59,376 nucleotides of DNA from NCBI GenBank assembly GCA_041389005.1, contig JAWKSR010000005.1:1-59376 (forward strand). Reading direction: 5' to 3'. A model generated the notes under the pieces. That model ran no database searches, was not told where the DNA came from, and saw nothing but the letters and a program-made list of their open reading frames with translations. Numbering within the stretch: position 1 is the first letter of the stretch; every line of letters starts with the position of its first letter. This document shows positions 28,158-37,847 of the stretch, one piece after another. Both the position numbers and the translations under genes were made by a program. Origin of the DNA: Minisyncoccota bacterium. GTDB taxonomy: Bacteria; Patescibacteriota; Minisyncoccia; Phycocordibacterales; UBA918.

Positions 28158-28850
28158 ATGCAACATAATGTCTTTGGTACCCTCGAAACTTCTTTTCGAA
28201 GTTTGTGGTCGGACGTTTTATTCTTTTTGCCAGAACTCGTCTTGGCAATTGTTATCCTCGTTGCTGGTTGGATCATTGCTGGCATCTTGAAACACTTGGT
28301 TGAAAAAGTGTTTGACACCCTGAAGGTCAATGATGCACTTGATGCCGCGGGCGTTGACAAGCTCACTGAACGAGCCGGGTACAAACTCAAAGCCGGTCAG
28401 TTCGTGGGAACCTTGGTGAAGTGGTTTGTGATTGTTGTCTTCTTCATTGCCGTACTCGATATCCTCTCACTCGATCAGGTTACTATCTTCTTCCGTGACG
28501 TGGTACTCGGTTACCTGCCGAAGGTGATCGTGTCGGTACTTATCCTCCTCATCGCTATGGTGGTTGCTAATGTCGCGAGTGCGAGTGTGACCGCTGGAGC
28601 TCGAGCAGCTGGCTTTGGTGCTTCGTCTATGCTCGGTACTGTGACGCGCTACGCCATCATTCTCTTTGCGGTGTTGGCAGTACTCTCACAACTTGAGATT
28701 GCACCAGCGCTCGTAGAGACGCTCTTTATGGGTATCATCTTCGGTACTTCACTTGCCTTCGGTCTCTCGTTCGGACTGGGAGGTAAAGAAGCCGCTGGTC
28801 GCTACATCAACAAGCTGTTGGGTGGGGGAGACCATCATCACCATAATTAA
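28158..28850 (+). CDS. membrane protein with conserved TM-helix repeats (MscS-N-terminal-like) and a His-rich C-terminus
   Basis: Repeated pattern of a TM helix followed by an amphipathic segment (LVLAIVILVAGWIIAGILKHLVEKVF; VKWFVIVVFFIAVLDIL ...). It ends GGGDHHHHN. Confidence 0.5.
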   Translation: MQHNVFGTLETSFRSLWSDVLFFLPELVLAIVILVAGWIIAGILKHLVEKVFDTLKVNDALDAAGVDKLTERAGYKLKAGQFVGTLVKWFVIVVFFIAVLDILSLDQVTIFFRDVVLGYLPKVIVSVLILLIAMVVANVASASVTAGARAAGFGASSMLGTVTRYAIILFAVLAVLSQLEIAPALVETLFMGIIFGTSLAFGLSFGLGGKEAAGRYINKLLGGGDHHHHN

Positions 28851-28864
28851 CACGTTAATTGCGT

Positions 28865-28905
28865 AAAAAACGCCGTTGGCACAGCTGTGCCAACGGCGTT
28901 TTTTC
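28865..28905 (+). terminator. intrinsic terminator
   Basis: AAAAAACGCCGTTGGCAC-AGCT-GTGCCAACGGCGTTTTTT. Confidence 0.8.
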
Positions 28906-28955
28906 TGGGTATAACTTTGGGGATAACACCGTGGAGAAAAGTCAATGCAGAAGTG

Positions 28956-28983
28956 TTGACATTTAAGTAGATTCCTATAGAAT
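28956..28983 (+). promoter_or_regulatory. candidate 23S-5S operon promoter
   Basis: TTGACA (28956-61), a 16-nt spacer, then TAGAAT (28978-83), followed by GGCGCCTAC. Confidence 0.5.
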
Positions 28984-29706
28984 GGCGCCTACGTATATGA
29001 GTTTAACCAACAAGCAATCGTAGCGGACTGAAGATCGCCTTGCGATTTTCTGCCGCATCTCGCGGTTTTGTTGGAAAACTTGCGAAATGCGTAGGTTTTT
29101 TGAAAAAACCTGGCGTTAGTGGCTGGTAACACAGCCAACGCGTCATGCATATCCTTTGAATCAAGTTGATGAAGGTCTGATTCCAGAAAGTCCTGTCTGT
29201 GTACTCGACATACACAGCGCCCGGGTAATACTTGTACACTCAAGCAGGTAAGTCTGTCGGGTAAAGATTATGTAGAAACACTACAGGGTCTTTTCGTCCC
29301 CGATGAACAAATGTTGTATATCAACAGATACAACAAAACCAACGTTCAAAAATTCTGTAGAGTTTTGAACATCACTCAAGTCAATGTACGGCGATTGTGC
29401 AGCATTTCCTTGCAGGAATGTAAGGGTGTATAGTGGATGCCTAGGTTTACAAGAGCGATGAAAGACGTGGAATGGCTGCGATAAGTTTCGGCGAGGTGCC
29501 AAGTAAACGCTTCGACCCGGAAATTTCTGAATACGAGGAAACCACTCCGTGTTCCGCACGGAACCTGTGTATGCAAGGGCGTACCTTGGGAAGTGAAACA
29601 TCTCAGTACCAAGAGGAAGAAAGCAATAGACGGAACTTTCTTTCTGGACGACACTGTCAAGACTTGTCTGGACGCCATTGTGTTCAGGAAGAAGGTTCTT
29701 GCGATT

Positions 29707-29744
<38 letters not shown>

Positions 29745-29965
29745 GTACGTGTTTACATGTACGGGGTTGTAGGACAGTAACAGCATTTAGTTGCGCGAAG
29801 TTACCAAGTATAGATATAGCAAAACGCTCTGCGACGACCCTAGTGGGTAATAGTCCCGTATGCGAAATGTCTGCTACCTGTGGTTACCGTTCCTGAAGTG
29901 GTTCGAGACATGAATAGCTCGAATGAATCTGCCGGCACTAACCGGTAAGGCTAAATATCTTGTAA

Positions 29966-29996
<31 letters not shown>

Positions 29997-30572
29997 AGGT
30001 GAAAAAGAACCCCGGGAGAGGGGAGCAAAATAGATCTGAAACCATACATCTACAGAGTCGGAGCCCTGCGGGGCGGCGGCGTGCCTATTGAAGAATGAGC
30101 GGCGAGTGTATCTTTGTCCTTTGTCTAAGGGTAACCCCCCGCAGGCACAGTGAAAGCGAGCGTTAATAGCGCGACTATAGGGCAGGGATACGACCCGAAG
30201 CGGGAAGAGCTTGCCATGAGCAGGGTGAAGCGGAGGTAATACTCCGTGGAGGCCCGAACCGGTTGGCCGTACAAACCATCGGATGACTTGTGGTAAGGAG
30301 TGAAAAGCTAATCGATTTCCGTAATAGCTGGTTCTCTCCGAAACAGCTTTAGGGTTGGCGTCGAGTGAAGCACTGAAGGTGGGGGGCACTGGAAGAGATA
30401 AATGTAGGAAACCTCGTTAACTTTCTATCAAACTCGAATACCAGTTGGTTATAGCTCTCAGCAGTTAGACTATGAGAGAAGCTCCATTGGTCAAAAGGGG
30501 AGCAGCCCAGATCGCCAGTTAAGGTCCCTAAATATATGCTCGGTGCATCTCGGAGGAGGTGAGGATTCTCAA

Positions 30573-30607
<35 letters not shown>

Positions 30608-30696
30608 TAAAATAGGCGTAACAGCTCACTGGTCGAGTCCTTGCGCCGAAGATGATCAGGGCTCAAGCATATTACCGAAACTGCGGATTCGTACAC

Positions 30697-30878
30697 TTCA
30701 TAAGGGATAGACATATTGGAATTTTTCCATGTCAGTGTTAGATTACTAAGCACAAAAGCAATGGTCACGGGACCGTAAAAGCTGTGCAGGATGGTGATAA
30801 TACTCGGATTTATCCGGATCTCTGACAACTGCCAAAGTAGTGGACTTTTTGTCCCACTTGCTTTGGCTCCCTTACTGA
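30697..30878 (+). other. ~180-nt insertion replacing the helix-45 loop of the 23S (IVS-like)
   Basis: The flanking helix strands TTCGTACAC (30688-96) and GTGTGCGAG (30879-87) correspond to the E. coli hairpin at about 1164-1185. The interior has no E. coli counterpart. Confidence 0.6.
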
Positions 30879-31410
30879 GTGTGCGAGTGGTAGGAGAGCG
30901 TTCGTAGTGCGATGAATGGAAGGGTAACCCGCCCTGGGCCGCTGCAAGTGAGAATGCCGGCACAAGTAACCTGGAACGGGTGAGACCCCCGTCCGCCGAA
31001 ATACCAAGGTTTCCTTCGCGATGGTGATCAGCGAAGGGTTAGTCGGTCCTAAAGGAGGAATCCCGAACGGGGGACCCGATGGAGAGCAGGTTAATATTCC
31101 TGCACACTGCTGCGTTTCGATGGAGGGACGGAGTGTTGTACCTACGGCATCTTATTGGATTGGTGCTGGAACTATGAGCGTCTTGCTTAGGCAAATCCGG
31201 TGGAAATAGCGCGAAGTAGAGTCTGAATGTGAGGGAGCTACGGCTGAGCAAATGTGGGAGCACACTTCCGAGAAAAACTTCTAAGGTTAAGCGTAGCGGT
31301 TCCGTACCTGAAACCGACACAGGTGGTAGGGTCAGAAGACCAAGGCGAACGAGTGAGAGGTCCTTAGGAACTCGGCAAAAAAGCGGCCGTAACTTCGGGA
31401 TAAGGCCTGC

Positions 31411-31748
31411 CCAATACACCACTTTGTCCTCAACTAACCCAGAAGAGGTACAAGTGGAAGCAGCAGCACAAGCTTTTAGAACTGTAAAAACAACAAGCAC
31501 TCTTTCCATTTCTGGAAGTGTTGGTGGCAGCTCAGTCACCAAATTTGTGTTTGAAAGCGGTGAAGAAGCAACCATTGAAATTAGCGATTTACGAGACGCA
31601 ATCAAAAGGGACGATGTTAAATCGCCGTATTCGGTCTTACGTTGTCTGTAGACAATTCGTTCAGGACGAAAGGTCTGTAGAAGCTCTGGGCATCTTAAAT
31701 TTTAGCCACAATCGTTCTTTGCGGATTGAGGCTAAAGTGGTATATTGG
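31411..31748 (+). other. ~340-nt stem-closed insertion at helix 63 of the 23S
   Basis: CCAATACACCACTTT (31411-25) pairs with AAAGTGGTATATTGG (31734-48). It lies between GGGATAAGGC and GACTGTTTAAC, where E. coli has a hairpin of about 45 nt. Confidence 0.6.
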
Positions 31749-31940
31749 AGCCGCAGCGAAAGATTTCCTGGCGACTGTTTAACAAAAACACAGCTCCCTG
31801 CGAACTCGTAAGAGGATGTATAGGGGGTGACGCCTGACCAATGCCGGAAGGTTAAGCACGGATGGTGTAATGACTTTTAGTTGTTATGCTGGGCTGTGTA
31901 AGCCCCGGTCAATGTCAGCGATAACTATAATCGTTCTGAG

Positions 31941-32183
31941 TACAGCACATGTGCATGCACGTGGGTTGTACGGACTGGAACGATTATATGAGTCTAAAGA
32001 CTCATTGTTAAATAGCCCGAGCCATAGTTACCTTCTCAGCTAGAAATAAGTTAGAGATAGTCCACCTAGCCAACAAGGAGACCAAATGCTAGGCACCTTC
32101 ACTTCAGATTCTGAAAAGGTGAAAGTGGAATATCCCTATTATTGCACGCATCTACTAAGGCAGATGCCGTGAAGAAAAAATAG
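31941..32183 (+). mobile_element. ORF-less group I-type intron in the 23S just 3' of helix 69 (boundaries +/- a few nt)
   Basis: It interrupts CTGAG | TAGGCGTATTTCCTTGTC, equivalent to E. coli CCUAAG|GUAGCGAAAUUCC at about 1929-1931. It contains an S-element-like AGAGATAGTCC (32053-62), a P7 pairing GGACT/AGTCC and a P8-like hairpin GAGTCT-AA-AGACTC. Confidence 0.6.
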
Positions 32184-32826
32184 GCGTATTTCCTTGTCCG
32201 GGCAGATTCCGACGTGCACGAATGGCGTAACGACTGGGAAACTGTCTCAAGGACCTGCTCGGTGAAAATACAATAGGGGTAAAGATGCCCCTTACCTGCA
32301 ATTAGACGAAAAGACCCCAGGAGCTTTACTGTAGCTTCGTATTGGGGCTGTTGAGTATGTGCGTAGTATAGTGGGGAGACTTTGAAGCGTACCTTTCGGG
32401 GGACGTGGAGTCGTCAGTGAAATACCCATCTCATTTTTGGCAGTCTCTAACCTGGTAGGAAAAACCTATTAGGGACATTGCGTGGCAGGCAGTTTTAGTG
32501 GGGCGCTACCCTCCCAAAGAGTAACGGAGGGGTCTCAAGGTCAACTAGGCGCGAATGGAAACCGTGCCGATAGTGCAATGGCAAAAGTTGGCTTGACTGC
32601 AAGGCGTAGATGCCAAGCAGACACGAAAGTGGAGCATAGTGAACCGATGGTACGCTTTAGATGCGGCCGGAGATTACCCGATAAAAGTTACCCTGGGGAT
32701 AACAGGCTAGTCGTGCCCAAGCGTCCAAAGCGACGGCACGGTTCGGCACCTCGATGTCGGCTCGACTTATCCTGGGGCTGGAGCAGGTCCCAAGGGTTTG
32801 GCTGTTCGCCAATTAAAAAGTCACGC

Positions 32827-32860
<34 letters not shown>

Positions 32861-32907
32861 CTCCTATCTACTGCAGGCGTCGATACTTGACGAGATTTGT
32901 CCCTAGT

Positions 32908-33683
32908 AAGAAATTGCTACTTCAGGGTGAGAACCCTGATGACAATACGGCTTATAACGGTGAAGTCTACGTCACTCCCGGTTTTAGAGGGTGGTACACC
33001 ATGGTCCATTGTGTACCAAACTCGCTTGAGGACCGGAAAAGTGATATGATAATACCGTGGGAAGTCGACTCAACACAGATTTAGCATACATTGCAGGTTT
33101 CCTTGATGGAGACGGAAGCATTATGTTGCAAGTAAAGAAGCGTAGCGACACCAGTCGCGGCGTTCGCTTTATGGCGGCTATATGCCTCTATCAAGATACT
33201 GCTCGCAAAACCACTAGGTGGGCTCGTGAAGTCTTAGGTATTGGTTATTATCGCACCGCAAGGACGGTATAACTGAGCTGAGGATCAATGGTTTTGCTTC
33301 GGTAAGAAAAGTGCTTTTAAAGCTCGCTCCGTATATCAAGTTTAAACAAGCTCAAGTAGTAGCCCTACATAAGGCTTGTGAAATACTTGAAAATACAACC
33401 ATGAGTAAGCTTAGCGAAGCACAATTACGTACGTTAGTTGATTTGGTTTTTACAATCAAAGAACACAACTACAAAAGTACTCAAACACTTACCAAAGACA
33501 TATTGCTACTGCGTTTGGGTTTGACCCCGTAACGACTTGCACTGAAAGATGTGCGGACTCATGGGTAGAGGAATCATTTCAAAGAAAATGACTGCTCCCA
33601 TGGGTAAGATGCCGTCATCCTCACTGGTGTCCGCCAGACGGATGAAGATATAGTCTGTGCTCCTGGAAACAGGGGAATACACG
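32908..33683 (+). mobile_element. group I intron carrying a LAGLIDADG ORF, inserted in the sarcin-ricin loop region of the 23S
   Basis: The exons read ...GTCCCTAGT | ACGAGAGGACCGGG. The 5' exon ends in T and the intron ends in G. The S element AAGATATAGTC is at 33645-33655. P7 is CGGACT/AGTCTG, and a P8-like hairpin is CATGGG...CCCATG. Confidence 0.7.
33057..33532 (+). pseudogene. LAGLIDADG homing endonuclease (single-motif, I-CreI-like), one frameshift as assembled
   Basis: LAYIAGFLDGDGSIMLQVKK... in ORF 33057-33272. It continues as SHRKDGITELRINGFASVRKVLLKLAPYIKFKQAQVV... in the frame of ORF 33311-33532. Confidence 0.75.
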
Positions 33684-33762
33684 ACGAGAGGACCGGGATG
33701 AACTGACCTCTGGTCTAAGAGCTGTCGCGCCAGCGGCATCGCTCTGTAGCTATGTTGGGAAT

Positions 33763-33795
<33 letters not shown>

Positions 33796-34302
33796 AACTT
33801 GAAGATTAGGTATCATTAAGTCTCCTGAGAGATTATCAGGTTGATAGGCACTAGGTGGAAGTGTGGTAACACATGCAGCCGAGGTGTACTAATAAGACGT
33901 AATTCTTGCAAGGAATACTGTACACGGCTAAACATTCAAAATGAGCGCATTTGCACTCGCTTCGGATTTGTCGCTTGTCACCTTACGATGAAGTAAGGCT
34001 CCAGCGCACCAAATCCTCCAGCCAGCACAACTGCATCACATTTTGAAATGTTTGCTAAAAATACAATTTAATTTGAGTAAGAGTCGTATGCTTCATTAGG
34101 ACGGAGTGCGTTATTGATACGTTTGGGTCTTTCCCTGCTGGTCGCCCATGATGCCATTAATAGGCGGGTCAAGAAGTGAAAACCAGAGCTCCGTCCGTGT
34201 TCTTACAACATGGACATGGCGAACCCTCACCGTTATGAGTTCGCCGTTCTAATGAAGTATTCGACTACAAAAAGGATATGCAAAGTTTAAAGAGCTTTTA
34301 AA

Positions 34303-34412
34303 GTTGGTGGGTCAGCGAGTGGGGTACACCCGTTCTCATTCCGAACACGGCAGTTAAGCCGCTTCGCGCCGATGGTACTTCTTTCTTAGAGGGAGAGTAG
34401 GTCACCGCCAAC
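34303..34412 (+). rRNA. rrf: 5S ribosomal RNA
   Basis: GTTGGTGG...CCCGTTCTCATTCCGAACACGGCAGTTAAGC...GCGCCGATGGTACT...GGGAGAGTAGGTCACCGCCAAC. Confidence 0.9.
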
Positions 34413-34949
34413 TTTAAGGGCTTTTTATTTTACTCTACACAATAAGGATTACTTTACTTTTTATAAAAAAATTGTATTATACAGAAAGAATGCATAGAGA
34501 GACTGGTGAACTCTCGGGCTAGTACATTGTGCGGCTGCTCCCGTCTCCCCGCAGGGGTGAGAGCCATGTTATAGAGAAGGTTTGAAGCCTCACTCGACAT
34601 GCCGTGGGTGTCAGTGCACGCACGGGTTGGAGGAACGATATCACAGGTTGTGGCAAAAATTTACTTTAGAGTTTAAGAACATATGACTTAAGCATGTGTT
34701 CTAAACAAAATTCACACGACAGTGATGTCCGGAATCTGACTGGATTTCTTCGGTCACGCTAGCGGGAGAGGATAGAGCTGCTTACTCTAGACCTCTCCAC
34801 TCACCACAAACTACTGCCCAACTGGGCAGTTTCGTAAGAAAAGCTAGCCTAGCTCGTCTTATAAGGCAGAATAGCCGGCTGATGATTGTATACAAGTCTT
34901 GCGCACAATCATTAGCTATGTTCCCACCGCAATCAGAGAAGGAAAACAA

Positions 34950-35111
34950 ATGCGGCAATTTAGCAAAAACAAGTTCACCGATCCGTTTGGATATGGTCCG
35001 GCAAAAGTTGATTCTGGGGCTTCAGATTTAAGAGTCTGGAAGGTGATGGTAGTGGCAGTCATGATTTTTGTGCCGCCATTTTTCCTTCCTAATCCTTTTT
35101 CCGGAATATAA
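34950..35111 (+). CDS. 53-aa hypothetical peptide with a C-terminal hydrophobic helix (tentative)
   Basis: ATG at 34950 preceded by GAAGGAAAA. MRQFSKNKFTDPFGYGPAKVDSGASDLRVWKVMVVAVMIFVPPFFLPNPFSGI. Confidence 0.25.
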   Translation: MRQFSKNKFTDPFGYGPAKVDSGASDLRVWKVMVVAVMIFVPPFFLPNPFSGI

Positions 35112-35292
35112 ACGTGTCCGAAGAAGAACGGAAACAAACCGAGCGTAGCAATATCCGATTTGGAGCAATGGTGCTCCTGCTCAGTTTTGCAGCGCTCATT
35201 GCGTTCAACGTCTATGTCCGCTGATGATAAAGACGATGCCCTGGGTACTCCCTGGGGCATTTTCATTTGTGCATTTGATACAATTACTGGTA

Positions 35293-36665
35293 ATGAGAAC
35301 CACTGCATTTTGGGCGTTTAAGCGCCGGCTTGCTTACGGGACGCTTTTTGCGTTTATTTTGATCTGTTGCTTCACGTGGGTGTACTTTGCGTATTTCTAC
35401 CAAGCACCGAATTGTTTTGATGGTGAACAAAATAATGATGAGGCGGCAATCGACTGTGGCGGCGGTTGTGTCCGTATTTGTCCATTTGAAGCAGTGGAAC
35501 CGTCAGTAAAATGGGCACGCAGTTTTAAGGTCACTGACGGACTTTATAATGCGGTGGCATATGTAGAAAACCTGAACCGGGTAGCAGCTACTCCAGAATT
35601 AGCCTACACATTCTCACTCTATGATGAAGCTGGAATTATCACGGAAGTGAGTGGCATTACTATCTTGCCACCGAACAGTGTATACCCAGTCTTTGCACCA
35701 CGTATTGCCACTGGTAACAGGGTACCAACCCGCACCTTCTTGGAACTTTCTCCAGCGGACCTCTGGGTCCCGTCTACTCTTGGTAGCGAGCAATTCACTG
35801 CCACTGACCGAGAGCTGGCTGACGCTGACGAGAAACCACGGTTACGCGCAACCATAAGAAATAATGACCTGGAGGAAGCGGAAGATGTGGAGATTGTGGC
35901 AACTATTTTTGATGCAAATAAGAATGCTCTTACCTCATCACGTACCTTTGTGGAGAACTTTGCACCGCGCAGTGAGCGTGAGAGTTGTCTTTATAGCAAG
36001 AGCCAATTGCTAAAACTATCCGCAGTTGTGTGCCGACTGACATGATGGTAGCTATCGACCTCTCCGGTAGTATGAATGACGATGGTGGTGAGCCACCACA
36101 GCCAATTAGTGCGGTAAAAACTGCCGCCGCCGCATTTGTGGAACGGACACGCGAACTTGATACGGTTGGTCTGGTTATCTATGCGACAGAAGCTGTCGTG
36201 GCGCTCCCGCTCTCGAGCGATAGAACCGGTGTACAACAAGCAATAAAGAACCTGGTTATTGCTCCTGAATCAGAAACTGGTAGTACAAACACCGGCGATG
36301 CACTTCGTTTGGCGGGAGAAGAACTGATTTCAGAGCGGCATAATCCAGATGCACGCAAGGTTTTGGTATTACTCACTGATGGACTAGCAACGGCGCCCGA
36401 TGAAGACCCGGAGGGTTACGCGGAAGCTGCCGCGTCTGTTGTGCGACAAGACGGTACGGAAGTGTATGTGATTGGTCTCGGTGAGAATGTGAACATGGAT
36501 TTCGTACGCCGTATTGCTACTACTCCAGCCTATGCCTATCAAGCTTTGACTCGAGATGATGTTGATCGTATCTACCAAACCATCACCTCAGCTATTTGTG
36601 AGGACGGTGCGGCAGTAATAGACATTTTGGCTAAAACAGATGCTGGATTCATCCCATTGCGTTAA
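35293..36665 (+). pseudogene. membrane-anchored von Willebrand factor A domain protein, frame-disrupted near 36000 as assembled
   Basis: ORF 35224-36045 has a TM helix, a Cys-rich motif (NCFDGEQNNDEAAIDCGGGCVRIC) and a beta-rich domain. ORF 36030-36665 has a VWA MIDAS (AIDLSGSM ... TNTGDAL ... LLTDG). The two frames join via short shifts at about 35990-36030. Confidence 0.65.
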
Positions 36666-36705
36666 CTTTGGGGGTTTGTTGTTGGTGGGGTAGAATGCAC
36701 AGTAT

Positions 36706-37830
36706 ATGCGGTTTATGCGTGGTTTGTTGGCGGGTTTTGACGGCTGGCTCGTGGGAGCGGCGGTAGCGTTATCTTTGATGGGGCTCGTGACCATGTACAC
36801 CTTTGAGGGTGAAAACACCTTTTTTATCCGACAAACCTACTGGATCGGACTCAGTGTCGCTATCATGCTCTTGGTAATGATGCCCGATTATCGGCTGCTC
36901 CGTACTGGCAATGTGACGTTTTACCTTTACATAGTCGCAGTAGCAGCGCTGGTATTGGTGCTGTTTGTCGGTGAGGTCACCTTAGGAGCGCAGAGCCGTT
37001 TTGACTTAGGATTTTTCTCCCTACAGCCATCTGATCCGGCTAAGTTGGTGCTGATTGCAGTCTTGGCAAAGTATTTTAGTAAACGCCATCAGCTTATCGG
37101 AGACTTTCGGCATATTGTTGTCTCTGGTTTCTACGCGTTTTTAATTTTTGGTCTGGTCTTTATCCAGCCTGACTTCAGGTCGGCTATCATCCTCTTTTTT
37201 ATTTGGTTCTTGATGGTACTGGTCGCTGGTATTAAAGTGCAACACCTGGCGCTTGTGTTCATTATGGGAGCGGTTGCCTTTGGCGGCATGTGGGAGTTTG
37301 CTTTTCAGGATTATCAAAAAGACCGCATTATGACGTTCCTGAATCCGCTGCAGGATATTCAGGGTGCCGGGTATAACGCCTACCAATCCACGATTGCGGT
37401 TGGGTCGGGACAAGTATGGGGTAAGGGGATTGGGTATGGAACTCAGAGTAAGTTGCAGTTTCTACCTGAGTACGAGACCGACTTTATTTTCGCAGCCTTT
37501 GCTGAGGAATGGGGGATCATTGGTGTTGCTATCCTGTTCATGCTTTTTGGTGTGGTGGTGTGGCGGCTTCTTCGTCATGCGGTCAATGGTGCCTCAAACT
37601 TTGAGCGACTCTTTGCTACCGGAGTCGCAATTCTTTTTGTCAGTCATTTCTTTGTGCATATTGGCATGAATATTGGACTCTTGCCGGTGACAGGTACCAC
37701 TGTCCCGTTTCTTTCTTATGGAGGTACGCACTTGATGACAGAGTTTCTGGGATTAGGGGTGGTAATGGCAATGCGCCGCTATAGCACTACGCACTACCAA
37801 AGTGCTGGGAAGGATATTCTCGTAAGCTAA
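36706..37830 (+). CDS. FtsW/RodA/SpoVE (SEDS) family peptidoglycan polymerase
   Basis: LQPSDPAKLVLIAVLAKYF, GYGTQSKLQFLPEYETDFIFAAFAEEWG and LLPVTGTTVPFLSYGGTHLM. Confidence 0.85.
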   Translation: MRFMRGLLAGFDGWLVGAAVALSLMGLVTMYTFEGENTFFIRQTYWIGLSVAIMLLVMMPDYRLLRTGNVTFYLYIVAVAALVLVLFVGEVTLGAQSRFDLGFFSLQPSDPAKLVLIAVLAKYFSKRHQLIGDFRHIVVSGFYAFLIFGLVFIQPDFRSAIILFFIWFLMVLVAGIKVQHLALVFIMGAVAFGGMWEFAFQDYQKDRIMTFLNPLQDIQGAGYNAYQSTIAVGSGQVWGKGIGYGTQSKLQFLPEYETDFIFAAFAEEWGIIGVAILFMLFGVVVWRLLRHAVNGASNFERLFATGVAILFVSHFFVHIGMNIGLLPVTGTTVPFLSYGGTHLMTEFLGLGVVMAMRRYSTTHYQSAGKDILVS

Positions 37831-37847
37831 CTACGTTCTAAACCTGT

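Noticed and set aside
31229-31651. A 140-aa plus-strand ORF crossing the helix-63 insertion, whose C-terminal half looks protein-like.
   Set aside because: Its N-terminal half is conserved rRNA, and there is no start codon or initiation signal at the insertion boundary. It is kept only as a remark under the helix-63 finding.
34488-34835. RNase P RNA, tmRNA, SRP RNA or 6S RNA identity for the structured region after the 5S.
   Set aside because: None of the following is present: GGAAAGTCCGG or ACAGAACCCGGCTTA-type RNase P cores, a tRNA-like acceptor/T-arm with a tag ORF, an SRP GGAA/AGCA domain IV motif, or a 6S-type long bulged duplex.
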